Shown piece by piece: positions 49,113-60,525 of a stretch of DNA of 64,000 nt. Every line of letters starts with the position of its first letter. Positions within the stretch are counted from its first letter, which is position 1. The translations under genes and the position numbers were made by a program. Origin of the DNA: an uncultured Gemmatimonadales bacterium (GTDB lineage Bacteria > Gemmatimonadota > Gemmatimonadetes > Gemmatimonadales > Gemmatimonadaceae); contig CAWBZV010000005.1 of NCBI GenBank assembly GCA_963793305.1, positions 448,001-512,000 on the forward strand, in the 5' to 3' direction. The notes beneath the pieces are model-generated. The model searched no databases. It saw nothing but the letters and a program-made list of their open reading frames with translations, and was not told where the DNA came from.

Positions 49113-50282
49113 TCACGGAGCGCCGGACCGAGATGGTTGGTCGAAGCTCGCCATGAAGCCCCACCCGGCGGTGGCCTCGCTCACCGCCAGCAACAATTCG
49201 TTCTTTCCCTTCTTGAGCGGCACGAACACCGCCTCCGAGTACGGATAGAAGTATCCGAGCGCCGCGGGGTCGCGATAGGACATGGCGTTACGACCTTCGT
49301 AGAGGGGGCGGCCGTTGAGATAGACGACAATGTCGTCGCTGTAGCCGATCCACATTTTGCGCACGGTGTCCCGATCGGAGACGATCGTGTTCCGCGCGAA
49401 CACGACTTCAGAAGCGGGAGGCCGCGCCGCCGGGCCGTCGCGGACCCGTCGCTCGGGCTCGACGCTCGGATCTTTCCGGTAGCGGCCGATCATGATGATC
49501 CCCTCGCGTTCCGCGTCGACGGGCTGCCACTGCAACGAGCGGACGTCCGGATAGATCCCGGGATCCTGCCGCGACACGAGGAACGATTGCGACAGGGTCC
49601 AGCCGGCGGTGATCGCGCCCGGCGCGAAGGTGTGCTCGGGGGTAAGCGCGTACGTCGTCGTGTCTGGTCGATACGTCAGGTTCGAGATGTAGGCGCCGCC
49701 GACCCGGCCCCAGATCCCGATCGTGCCGCCGCCGCCGCCGAGCCCCAGATCGTGCACTTCGAGGGTGGGCTTGGTCGCGGTATCGACATAGATCGATGCC
49801 ACGAGACCTTTGACCACGATCCGCAGGTGCACCCACCGGTCTGGTGGGAAGTCCGGTGACCTCCCGTACTGGGGCGCCGGGTAAAACTGCCATGCGTTCA
49901 TGTCGTAGAACGATGGCGTGTACTGCAACGTCGGGTCGGCCCCCGGCGGGCGGAAGAACACGATCTCGTAGCGCTCGTGTTGGCTCGCGACGTGGAACGC
50001 GATGCCGTAGAACGCACTGGTCGAGTCGGTCGCGATGTCCGCGTCGATCGTCCCATTGCGGAAATCCACGCCGCTTGCGTATGCGAGGCCGCTCGGCACG
50101 ACGATGCTCGGGCGCCCGAGATGCGTCTCGAATCGCACGCTCTTGTCGCGCGGCCGCGGCTCGCGCTGGAAGAGGATGTACGAGGTCCATCGGTCAGGCG
50201 TCAGCGGGATCGTGATGTCCTGGGCCGCGGCTCGCGCGGCCGCGACTTGGCCAGCCAAGGCGCACAGCAGGATGAATCGCAT
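49113..50282 (-). CDS. Secreted DUF1080-like protein with extra C-terminal beta domain
   Basis: Signal peptide MRFILLC; LQYTP, WQFY, WVHLRIVV, IGYSDDIVVYLNG, AGWGF; paralog of 27420-28565. Confidence 0.7.
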   Translation of the reverse strand: MRFILLCALAGQVAAARAAAQDITIPLTPDRWTSYILFQREPRPRDKSVRFETHLGRPSIVVPSGLAYASGVDFRNGTIDADIATDSTSAFYGIAFHVASQHERYEIVFFRPPGADPTLQYTPSFYDMNAWQFYPAPQYGRSPDFPPDRWVHLRIVVKGLVASIYVDTATKPTLEVHDLGLGGGGGTIGIWGRVGGAYISNLTYRPDTTTYALTPEHTFAPGAITAGWTLSQSFLVSRQDPGIYPDVRSLQWQPVDAEREGIIMIGRYRKDPSVEPERRVRDGPAARPPASEVVFARNTIVSDRDTVRKMWIGYSDDIVVYLNGRPLYEGRNAMSYRDPAALGYFYPYSEAVFVPLKKGKNELLLAVSEATAGWGFMASFDQPSRSGAP

Positions 50283-50433
50283 CGGGAGACGGTGGGGTTG
50301 GGTGATGGCGAGCGATTGGATAAAACGGCCACTGCCTGGGCGCGATCTGCGTACGACGATGCGGGGGCGAAGCGGAGCGCCATCACGGCCGTCGTGCTCC
50401 AAGGTGAGCTAGCTACCTGCGTGCAATGGAGAT

Positions 50434-50453
50434 GTCTTGTATTAATGCAACAT
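50434..50453 (-). promoter_or_regulatory. Motif copy 20 (ATGTTG-CATTAATA-CAAGAC)
   Basis: TAGCTA 18 bp downstream; points to gene ending at 49113. Confidence 0.8.
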
Positions 50454-50704
50454 CGTATGCGCACCGTCTTCCGCGCCGGTCAGGGTCCATCGGCGACATG
50501 AGCGGCGAAGGTATGCGCCGGCGCGAGCGCGTTCCACCGCGTCGCGCATTCGGCTCGGCGAACGGTGTTGGAGGGTCGGTGAATCGTTCTTTACCGAACG
50601 GCCAACGCCTCACCCGGCCGAGCCCTTGACGTCGTCACGACCTCGCGAGTGCGTGGTCAGCGAAATGTTGGTTGCGGCGCGGGGGCAGTATATTCGCGGT
50701 CGTG

Positions 50705-51735
50705 ATGGTTCCACGCCTCGCATTGTTGACCGCTGTATGGCTTGTCGCGCCACTGCGGGCCCAGCTGTTTCCGGCGGGACCGCATCCCGTTGGTCTGCGC
50801 GTCATGTCGATCGATGTGCCTCGCCGCATGCGTGTCATCCTGTGGTATCCGATCGCGACCTCATCACCCGCTGCGCGAGCAACGCTCGCGACCTACGTCG
50901 CGGTTATTCATGATACGTCGTTCACCACCGAAGCGGCTGCATTCGCCCACACGACGCTGAGCGAACGGGCGATCGCCGCGATGCTCACAACGCCCAGTCA
51001 TGCGGTGTTGGGCGCCGCACACGCGCCGGGCCGCCATCCGTTGGTGTTGCTCGGCAACGGATTCGGCCCTCCATACTTCGTGCACTGGGCGCTCGCCGAG
51101 TATCTCGCCGGTCGCGGCTATGTCGTGGCGGCGCTGGCGGGGTCAGAGGGTGACGAGAACCGTCCTTTCAACCTCTCAGGGGTAACGGCGATCGCGGAGG
51201 ACATGAAGACAGCCCTGACGTCGCTGTCGGCGCTTTCCTTCGTCGACGCGCGCCACGTCGGCCTGGTTGGATTGAGCGTCGGCGGGTTGGCGCAGGCGTT
51301 CGTCGCAGCGACGACGAGGAACGTCGGCGCGATCGTGAGCCTCGATGGCGGGACGGTTATGCCTATGGCGCACAGATGCTCGACAGCGCGACCTGGCTCG
51401 ATCGCTCGCGCTTCACGATCCCCTATCTTCACCTGACGGGCGATGGCGTGCCGTCTATCGTCGTGGCCAAGAGCACGGTGTTCTACGATTCGCTCGCCCA
51501 GGGTCCCGCGTACCTGCTGCACGTCAAGCACCTGACGCACGCCCAGTTCACATCCTTAGGCATCCTGGTCGCGTGGATGGCGGACTCCACGGCTGCCGGC
51601 CCGATGCTCGAGGAGTACGCGCACGTCGCGCGCACGACGGCTTGGATGCTCGATACCTACGTGGCGAGCAGGTCGAGCTCGACCGACGCCTTGAACGAAC
51701 GCAACATCGTCAAGCGAAGAGCGTTCACGCATTGA
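50705..51735 (+). CDS. Secreted alpha/beta-hydrolase (dienelactone/PAF-AH-like), frameshifted near 51352
   Basis: HPVG, ILWYP, LAEYLAGRGYVV, GLSVGG, SLDG; continues in ORF 51376-51735. Confidence 0.7.
51688..51707 (-). promoter_or_regulatory. Motif copy 21, lacks GAC arm (ATGTTG-CGTTCGTT-CAAGGC)
   Basis: In the 3' end of the hydrolase ORF; upstream of TTGACG 51732-51737 / CACTCT 51755-51760. Confidence 0.65.
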
Positions 51736-51797
51736 CGGGCGGACGTGTTGGTGCCACTCTGCGATAACGCAACTATCCGCGCGATGCCGGTGTCCCA

Positions 51798-54187
51798 ATG
51801 CACATGCCGATGATCGTTCAAGAGCTTCGCTACGCGTTCGACGGTCTGCGTCGCCGACAAGCATTCGCGGTCACGGCGATCCTGAGTGTGGGGCTGGGCA
51901 TAGGCGCGGCGACCACGGTGCTCAGTGTGTCCATTGGTGTGCTGGCGCGCCCATTGCCGTACCGGGCGCCGGAGCAGCTGGTGGCGATTTGGCCCGGGCG
52001 CGCGCTCGCCGGACGAGAGGTCAATGCGATCGAGCAACAGGCGACGAGCCTGACGGCGGTCGCTAGCGTCAGCCCCGGTTGGCTCATGACGCTAACGCAC
52101 GTGATCGAGCCCCGCCAAGTCGATGTGGGCCGCTTGAGTGGCGATCTGTTCGGGTTGCTCGGCGTCACGCCTTTCATCGGTCGAGCGTTCGGGAGAGAAG
52201 CCGACGTGACCGGCCGGGATCATGTGGCCGTACTGAGTTACCGCCTCTGGCAGTCCGTGTTCAGCGGCGACCGATCGATCGTCGGGCGATCGATCGTGCT
52301 CGGCGGTGAACCGTACACCGTGGCTGCGGTGATGCCGCCGACGTTCCGCGTGTTCAGCTTTACCTCTGACATGTGGGTGCCGTTGCCCGACGATCGTTCC
52401 GCGTGGTGGTGGACCGGAGCGCAGATGTTGGCGTTCGGCCGTTTGCGGCCAGGCGCGACCGCGCACGCGGCATCGGTGGAGCTCGCAACGATCGCGCCGC
52501 GTGTCGAGAGCGAGTTCCATCTGGAGACCGACTGGGCGGCCGGTGCTCGGGTCGTCGGATTGGCCGAGAGCATGGTTGGCGCGGTCGCGCCTATCGTCAC
52601 GCTGCTGACCGGGGCGGTCGGACTGCTGCTCGCGCTTGCCACGGCCAACGTCGCCATTCTGCTGCTCGTGCGGGCTGCCGAGCGGCGGGCCGAGATGGCG
52701 ACACGCGCCGCGCTGGGTGCGACGCCAGCGCGACTCGTTCGGGTCACGCTGTCGGAGAGCCGGTCATCGGGTTGGTGGGAGGCGTGATCGGTATCGCGCT
52801 CGCTCGGTTGGGCGTGGCGCTCGTCGTGTCGATCCTGCCATCGGCGCTCCCGCGGATCGAAGAGATCCGCTTGCAGCCGCTCGTCCTACTGGCGTCCGCG
52901 GCGCTCACGTTGGTCACTACGCTGGTTGTCGGTTCTGTCCCGGCGTGGAAGGCCAGAGCCGAGGGATTGGCGATTCATCTGCGCGACGCCCGCACGGTAG
53001 CGACTGGCGGTGAGCAGACGCGCGGGTTGCTGATTTCGCTGGAGATGGCGCTCGCGCTCATCCTGTGCGTTGGCGCTACCCTCATGGGCCGCACATTGGT
53101 CGCCCTCTCGCGCGTGGATCCCGGACTCGAACGCGACCACCTGCTGACCATGAAGGTCGAACCATTCGCGCCCTCGAACGACGACGAGCTGCGCGCGTAC
53201 TGGCGCTCCGTGCTGTCGCGGGTCGAGGCCGTCCCGGGCGTCAGTTCCGCGGCAACCATTCTGCATTTGCCGACGATCGGGCGGAGTTGGGATGCTCCCA
53301 TTCAGATCGAAGGGCAGCCGCTGGCGGCGGACGCGTCGCCGCCGCTCGCGCACTGGCAGGCGGTGTCGGTCGGGTACTTCCACACGGCGGGTGTGAAGGT
53401 GCTTCGAGGGCGGGCCTTCGAGGCATCCGATGGGCCAACGTCGCCCCGTGTGATCGCGGTCAACTCGGCGTTCGCTGCGCGACTGTTCCCCAATGTCGAT
53501 CCGATCGGCCACCGGATTCGAGCCAAAAATGCGACCAACGACTCCCTGGCGACCATAGTCGCCGAGGTCGCCAGTGTTCGGCATGACAGCTTAACGGGCC
53601 CCCCGGGACCCGAGGTGTATGTGCCATTCGCGCAGCATCCGGTGGGCGCGACGGGTCTCATCGTCCGGACACGCGTGCCTCCGTTGTCGGTTGCCGCGTC
53701 TATCCGCGATCAAATTGCCTCGGTCGATCGCGACACGCCCATCTCGGATGTGCAAACGATGGACAGCCTCCTTGGGGCTTCGGTCGCCCGAGAGCGTATG
53801 ATACTGATCCTGCTCGGGGTGTTCGCGGGTATGGGGCTCTTGCTTGCCGCCATCGGTGTGTACGGTGTGGTCGCGTTCGGCGCCGCGCAGCGAGTGAAGG
53901 AGATCGGGATCCGGATGGCGCTCGGGGCCAATGCCCCGGCGATACGGAGACTGCTCCTCGGGCATGGGTTGCGGTACACGGCACTGGGCGCCGCGGTCGG
54001 TGTGTGCGTGGCGCTGGCGGCGTCGCGCGTCATGCGGGCCGTCCTGTTCGGCGTGCCGAGCATTGACGCTGTGTCGTTCATTGCGGCGCCCATCATTCTC
54101 GCGGTCGTTGCCGCGGCGGCGAGCTGGATTCCGGCACGGCGGGCTGCCGCTATCGCACCGACCGTGGCCCTCGCCAAGGAGCAGTGA
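51798..54187 (+). CDS. ADOP/MacB-type duplicated ABC permease, frameshifted near 52760
   Basis: QELRYAFDGLRR, EMATRAALGA, EIGIRMALGA, IPARRAA; split over ORFs 51798-52787 and 52373-54187. Confidence 0.85.
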
Positions 54188-54230
54188 GATCGGCTGGCGC
54201 CGCGCGGCTTCCCGTCGTGGCGGTGAGCGC

Positions 54231-55116
54231 TCATTGAGACGGCCGACGTATCGCCAGTCCGTACGTTCGCGTTGCGTCAATCGGGGCGAGCACGCTATCG
54301 GATGGTGTCGTCGCGAACAGGAGCCAGTTGGTTTCCCGGCCGTTCGCGGTCACGTGATCGCGTCGCACCACGGTGCCGCGATCGTAGTGAAGGTACACGT
54401 AGTCGGCGACCGGGCGAACGCGAGTGCTGCTGAATGGCGAGCCCGTCCCAGTCACATACTCGCCAACGGGAAACCGAGGGTTCAGTCCGAACGAATCGCG
54501 TATCGTCGGCTCGTCGAGGTAGGACCAAGCCTTCGGCCCACCGGTGCTGCCCGAGGCCATGTACTGCAGCGCCCCATCTGCACCGTAGTTGGCCATAACA
54601 GTCCGGTTTCCGTAGGGCCCTGCGACCGTGCGCGACACGCTAATGTGATCGAGGACGAGTCGTGCGCCCTCGGGTGCGGCGTCCGACTCGGTCGGAGGTT
54701 CGTTCAGCGTCATCCCGGGGTATAGGACCGTCTCGACCCGGATCACGGTCCCGTACTCCGGATCGTATGGGTAGAACGTGTGGACGAGTATCGAGTCCGG
54801 TCCAGTCGCTGAGAGCAATTGGTACTTCTCGCGGTACATCAAGATGGTATGCGGTGTCGCAATAGAGGTCATCGTAGAAGTACGGCTGGTCGGTGCCGCT
54901 CCGGTGCACGGTCGCTGACCGTCGACCCCAAAAGTCTGGTTTTTCGGCGTAGTAGAACTCGCCTTTGGGTGGGGGAGACCACATGCGATCCTCGAACGTG
55001 ACCTTGCGGGTCGCGACATCGATCGACATGTGCCGATACAGATGGTCGTAGAAATTCATCTCATCGGAGCAGGCCCAGAGCATGAGGGCGGCGATGCCGA
55101 TCAGTGCAGCGCGCAT
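54231..55116 (-). CDS. Hypothetical lipoprotein, frameshifted near 54850
   Basis: AGGAG RBS, MRAALIGIAALMLWAC lipobox; continues in ORF ending 54231. Confidence 0.55.
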
Positions 55117-55278
55117 GCACTCCTGACGACGGCGGGCCGGCATCGACACGCGCGTGGTCGCCGCGCCGTAGGCCATCCGTCCGAGCGGGGGGGCCGCGCC
55201 GCCTCGGGGCAAAAGAGACGACGCGGTTGACAACCCCAAAACATCGAACCCTGAAACGTTCGTGCGGCGCAGCGAGAT

Positions 55279-55298
55279 GTCTTGAATGAATCCAACGT
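55279..55298 (-). promoter_or_regulatory. Motif copy 22 (ACGTTG-GATTCATT-CAAGAC)
   Basis: AACGTT at 55260-55255, 18 bp downstream; points to lipoprotein gene. Confidence 0.8.
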
Positions 55299-55344
55299 GG
55301 CGAGCGTGCGTGTCCTCGTGCACATTCCGAACCACGGAGGGGTG

Positions 55345-57781
55345 ATGATGCTAGGTGACGTACTGACGCAAGATATCCGATTCGCGATGCGCCAACTGGT
55401 GCGGTCGCGGTCGTTCGCAGCCACGGCTATCGCGACGCTCGCCATTGGCGTGGGGGCGACCGTGGCGGTTTTTTCGGTCGTCGATGCGGTGGTCTTGCGA
55501 CCGTTCCCGTTTCAGGACGCGGATCGCGTCGTCAACGTGCACCCGGCGCACGATGGTGCGCCGCAGCCGATCTCGTCGAATCTGGAGTTCGCCACCTGGC
55601 GCGCGCTGCCGCGGACGTTCGACCAGGCGGCAGCGCTCGTGCCGCTCGCCTCGTTCATCTTGACTCGCGGTGATGCGCCGGAGGTGCTCACCGGCACCCG
55701 CAGTACATCGGCGCTCACGGAGGTCTTCGGGGTCAACCCAGAGGTCGGGCGTGGATTCGGGCCGGCGGACGATCAACCCGGCGCGCCGCATGTCGTGCTG
55801 CTGAGTCATAGCCTCTGGATGCGTGACTTCGACGGCGCGCGGGCGATCGTCGGACAATCGATTCGCCTCGACAGTGTCTCGTACGAGGTGATCGGCGTGA
55901 TGCCGGCGTCGTTCGACGTCGTGTACCCTGGCAGCGCGGTGTGGGTGCCGCTCACCTTGTCGTCGACCGATCTCCTCGATTTCAAGCAGCGGAACCTGCT
56001 GGTGGTGGCGCGCCTCGCCCCCGGGGTCTCGGTGCGTCAAGCCGCGTCGGCGGTGGATGGCGCCGAACAGCGACTCCAGTCGCAGTATCCGACGTGGGGC
56101 AGTGGGTACACGGGTCAAGTGACGCGATTCGCGGACGACGCGATCGGACCGGTCCGGAGCCGACTCTTCATCCTGCTGGGCGCGGTGTCGTTCGTGTTCC
56201 TGATTGCGTGCGTGAATGTCGCCAACCTGCTGTTGGCCCGTGGGAGCACGCGCGCGCGGGAGATCGGCGTTCGCACGGCTCTGGGCGCAGGGCGCGAGCG
56301 GATCATCGGGCAGCTTCTCACCGAGAGCGCGCTGTTGTGCGTGGTGGCCGCGGCGGTCGGGGTCGCGCTGGCGTTCGGTCTGGTGCGGGCGCTCGTCGCC
56401 CTGAGCCCTCCTGGTGTCCCACGAATCGGCGAGTCGCATATCGACGCCCGCGTACTGCTGGTCACGCTTGGCGTTGCCGCGCTCTGCACCACGCTGGTCG
56501 GGCTCTTTCCCGCCGTCCGCGTTGCCGGCGCCACGATGCTCGCGGCGCTGCGCGAAGGTGGGCGGGGGTCGGGCGAGGGACGTACGCGCGGACGCGCGCG
56601 CAATGTGCTGGTCGCGGGCGAAGTCGCGCTCGCCATGGCGCTTCTCACGGGCGCGGGCTTGCTGATTCGGACGGCGTGGGCGATCAGTCACGTCGACCCC
56701 GGGTTCGATAGCGGGCATCTGCTCACCGCGCAGCTTTTGCCGCCGCCCGCGCGGTATCCTGATCTCCGGTCTGGTGGCGTGGTGTATCGGGCGATTCGCG
56801 AGGGCCTGTCGCGAACGCCGGGTGTCGAAGGCACCGCACTCGCATCGTCGCTCCCGTTCCAAGTGCCATTCCGCGCGGGCGTGGGGGCCGAAGGGCGGCC
56901 GTTCACCGATGGGGAGCGACAGATAGCCGATCTGCACATTGTGTCGCCCGATTACTTCGCGACGATGAAGATGCGGCTCCTCGAGGGGCGCGATTTTGCG
57001 CCGACGGACAACGCGGATGCACCGAACGTGGCCATCATTAGTGAGGCGTTGGCGCGCAAGCTGTGGCCGGGTGAGCGCGCCGTCGGCAAGCGCATGGAGG
57101 GCATGGATCCGAGTCACCAACACTTCATGACCGTGGTGGGTCTCGTCCGGGATCCGCGCGATGCGGCGGTCGACCAGTTGCCGCACCCGGAGTTCTACAT
57201 CCCGTACGAGCAGAACGTCGCCGGCGCTGTGGGCGAGTTTCCAGGGGTCGTTGGCGGTCGTAGCGCGCACGGCGAGCGATCCGGCGACAATGGAGCGAGC
57301 GCTGCGCGGCGCCGTGGCCGCCGTCGATCCGAGTCTGCCGCTTTCATCCGTCTCTACAATGGATCAATTGCTGCGCGGATCGCGGGCCGAGGCGCATTTC
57401 AATACGCTCCTCCTCTCGGTGCTGGCGGCGGTTGCGCTCCTCTTGGCGAGTGTTGGTGTCTACGGTTTGGTTGCATATGCGGTGGCGCAGCGCACGCGTG
57501 AGATCGGACTCCGCATGGCGCTTGGGGCGACGCCGCCCATGATCGCGGCGCTGGTAGTGCGCCAGGGGCTCTTGCCGATCGTGGCTGGCGCGGTAGCCGG
57601 TGGGGCGCTCTCCGTCATGACGACGCGTCTGCTTCGCGAGCAGCTGTACGGCGTAGCCCCCGGCGATCCGACGACGATTCTGGCGATCGCAGTGCTGCTC
57701 GTGATCGTCTCGCTCGTCGCGGCTGGTGTCCCGACACGCCGGGCGATGTCGATCGCGCCGGTGACCGCATTGGCCTCATGA
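55345..57781 (+). CDS. ADOP/MacB-type duplicated ABC permease, frameshifted near 57215
   Basis: GGAGG RBS; QDIRFAMRQL, LLIACVNVANLLLAR-like segment, EIGVRTALGA, EIGLRMALGA. Confidence 0.85.
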
Positions 57782-59124
57782 TCGCTCGCGTGGCTTTGGC
57801 GTTGGCACTTGTGGCGACGCCGGTGCCCGGCCGATATCGGGCCGTTCCGATCACGTCCTATCACTTGGCGAACGGTCTCAAGGTCGTGTTGGCGCCGGAC
57901 TCGACGACCTCAGTCGTTGCCGTCGGGGTGTATTATGGCATCGGACAGCGCACCGAGCCGGTCGGTCATGAGGGGTTCGCGCACTTGTTCGAGCATCTCA
58001 TGTTCGAGGGGTCGGCGCATCTGGCGCCCGGTGAGTTGATTCGGCTGATTCAGGCGAACGGTGGGACGTTCAACGGCAATACGCGGTTCGACTTCACCGA
58101 CTTCTGGGAGGTCGTGCCGCCGGCGGCCGTGCGCCTCATGTTGTGGGCGGAAGCGGATCGGATGCACACGCTCGTCGTCGACGATTCGGCGCTGCGGCGC
58201 CAGAAGGAGATCGTCAAGACCGAAGTGCGCCTGTCGTACATCGACGTGCCCGACGGGGGCTTTCCGTGGTTGGACGTGCCCCGCGTCGCGAACCGCAACT
58301 GGCAAAACGCGCATGACTTCCGGGGCCGGCCGTCCGAGCTCGACTCGGCGACGCTCGACGAGGTGCGCCGATTCCATCGGCGGTACTACGTGCCCAACAA
58401 CGCGGTCGTCGTCCTGTCCGGGGCATTTCGGTTGGCGGACGCGCGCCGGTGGATCGACGAGTATTTCGCGGGCATTCCGCGTGGGGAGGCGATCCAACTG
58501 CCGGATACGCGCGAGCCGCCGCAAACCGCGGAGCGACGCGGGGAGCGGATCGACTCGCTGGCTACGTCGCCGGTGCTGGCGGTCGCGTTTCATATGCCAC
58601 CCCGCCACACGCGGGCGTTCTTCGCCATGGTACTCATCGATCAGCTGGTCTTGCAGGCGAGCGACAGCTGGTTGAACACGGCGTTGGTGCAGCGCGGCAA
58701 GCTCGCGACGGCGGTCTTCGGGGGTGCGAATCTCCAGGGCAGCCTCTTCGACTACAACGGGCCGATGCTGTGGACGGTCGGTGCGCAGTACTCGCGTCTC
58801 GACCAAGCCGATACGATCACGGCGGTCATTCAGGCTACGCTGGACCGCCTCGGGCGCGAGTCAGTCGACACGACGGCGTTGCGCGTCGCCCGGCAGGAGG
58901 CGTTGTCGACGCTGTACGATCTCTCCGATGATCGTGGTGGGTTCGGCCGGTTGAATCTGCTGGCGTCGTTCGCGCTCTTCGACGACGATCCGACACAGAT
59001 CGACCGACTCGAGTCCGAGATCGAGGGGGTGACGGCGGCGGACATTCGCGAGACGGCGCGGCGCTACCTCTCGACGGCGCAGCGAACGGTGTATGTGCGA
59101 CGCCCGCCTCGCGTGACGCCATGA
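57778..59124 (+). CDS. M16-family (pitrilysin-like) peptidase, catalytic subunit
   Basis: LANGLKV, GFAHLFEHLMF inverted zinc motif. Confidence 0.9.
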   Translation: MIARVALALALVATPVPGRYRAVPITSYHLANGLKVVLAPDSTTSVVAVGVYYGIGQRTEPVGHEGFAHLFEHLMFEGSAHLAPGELIRLIQANGGTFNGNTRFDFTDFWEVVPPAAVRLMLWAEADRMHTLVVDDSALRRQKEIVKTEVRLSYIDVPDGGFPWLDVPRVANRNWQNAHDFRGRPSELDSATLDEVRRFHRRYYVPNNAVVVLSGAFRLADARRWIDEYFAGIPRGEAIQLPDTREPPQTAERRGERIDSLATSPVLAVAFHMPPRHTRAFFAMVLIDQLVLQASDSWLNTALVQRGKLATAVFGGANLQGSLFDYNGPMLWTVGAQYSRLDQADTITAVIQATLDRLGRESVDTTALRVARQEALSTLYDLSDDRGGFGRLNLLASFALFDDDPTQIDRLESEIEGVTAADIRETARRYLSTAQRTVYVRRPPRVTP

Positions 59125-60479
59125 AGCGTCTTCCGGTCGTTGCACTTTGCATCGCGGCGCTCGCATCTCTCGTGTCGTCATCTCTCGTAGGTGCGCAGCC
59201 GTCGGCGATGCCCGCGGTGGGTGCCATCGCTCCCGGGCGCACCGTTCTCCGACGGGACACGGTGTTGGCGGATGGCGTTCATGTGACACTCGCTCACGTC
59301 GGTGCGTCGCCAAAGGCACTGGTGCGCGTCGTGCTGGCGACCGGTGCGGAGCCCGCGAGTGTATGCGGCGCGACGGCCGCGTTGGCGCACGCCATGGAAG
59401 GCGTGGGCCTCGGGGATTCGATCGGCCACATGGGTGGGCAGCTCGTCACATTGGCGCGGGCCGAGCGAGTCGAGCTTACCGTCGAGGTGCTGAGCGCGTT
59501 CGCGCCGGTGGCGGTGGACCTCGTCGCTGGTCTCGTTCGCGCGCCGGACTCGGGCGCGGCGCGTGCGATTCCAACATCATCAGGCAGCGCTGATAGCGTG
59601 GCTATGGAGGCGCTGCGGCAGGCATTTTTTCCCGCGGGGCAGTTCGGATCCACGTGTCCCGCTGGCGGGGAGCCGAGCGAAGGGCGGGCGGCCGACGTCG
59701 AGCGGTTCTATCGCGCACGGGTCGGGCCGACCGCGACGCGCGTTCTGGTCGTGGGTCGGTTCGATGACCGTGACGTACTTCGCGAGGTCGACCGTGCCTT
59801 TGGAGACTGGCCACGGGATCGAGTGGTGAGCGATTCAGGCGGGGTGACTGCTGGCGCGGCGCCGCCGCTCATCATCGTGCATCGCGCGGGGGTGCGGCAG
59901 AGCGCCATCGTGATCGGTGCGGCGGTGCCGGGTGCGGCGGATTCGGACTTCGCGGCGCTCCGGGTGATGGACGTCCTCTTGGGTGGCAATGTTGCTTCGC
60001 GCATTACGGTGAACATCCGGGAGGCGAAGGGCTACGCTTATGGGCCGGGTAGCGTGTTGGTTGCGGCGCCATCCGGTGCGGCGTATTGGGCGGAGCTCGC
60101 CGACGTGAGCACGCCGGTCACGTGGCCGGCGATTCGGGAGATTCTGGCGGAGATCGCCCGCTTAGGGGCCTCGGAGCCGGACAGCGCGGAGCTCGAGGGG
60201 AGTCGTCGTTATCTCCTCGGTCGCACGTTGGTGCAGACGGCGACGAGGCGCGGTTGGGCGGAGCACGATCACCTTGTCGCGCTCATGTCGCGTAGGGGGG
60301 CGGCGTCGGACGGTTCGGGCGATCGGCTGCTGGCGGTGAGCCGCGGCGACATTCGCCGCGTGACGGCGGCGTATTTGGTGGCGCGAAGGCTGACGATTGT
60401 CGTGGTTGGCGACACGGTCGCGATTGGGGAGCAGTTGGGTGCCATTCGCCAAGCGGCGCGAGCGTTGCGGGGCGAGTAG
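59121..60479 (+). CDS. M16-family peptidase, non-catalytic partner subunit
   Basis: LLGGNVASRITVNIREAKGYAY motif; no HxxEH; ATGA-coupled. Confidence 0.82.
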   Translation: MKRLPVVALCIAALASLVSSSLVGAQPSAMPAVGAIAPGRTVLRRDTVLADGVHVTLAHVGASPKALVRVVLATGAEPASVCGATAALAHAMEGVGLGDSIGHMGGQLVTLARAERVELTVEVLSAFAPVAVDLVAGLVRAPDSGAARAIPTSSGSADSVAMEALRQAFFPAGQFGSTCPAGGEPSEGRAADVERFYRARVGPTATRVLVVGRFDDRDVLREVDRAFGDWPRDRVVSDSGGVTAGAAPPLIIVHRAGVRQSAIVIGAAVPGAADSDFAALRVMDVLLGGNVASRITVNIREAKGYAYGPGSVLVAAPSGAAYWAELADVSTPVTWPAIREILAEIARLGASEPDSAELEGSRRYLLGRTLVQTATRRGWAEHDHLVALMSRRGAASDGSGDRLLAVSRGDIRRVTAAYLVARRLTIVVVGDTVAIGEQLGAIRQAARALRGE

Positions 60480-60525
60480 CACGCCATCCGGTCTCCCACG
60501 CGTGCCCGCGCGACCGGGTCGAGTC

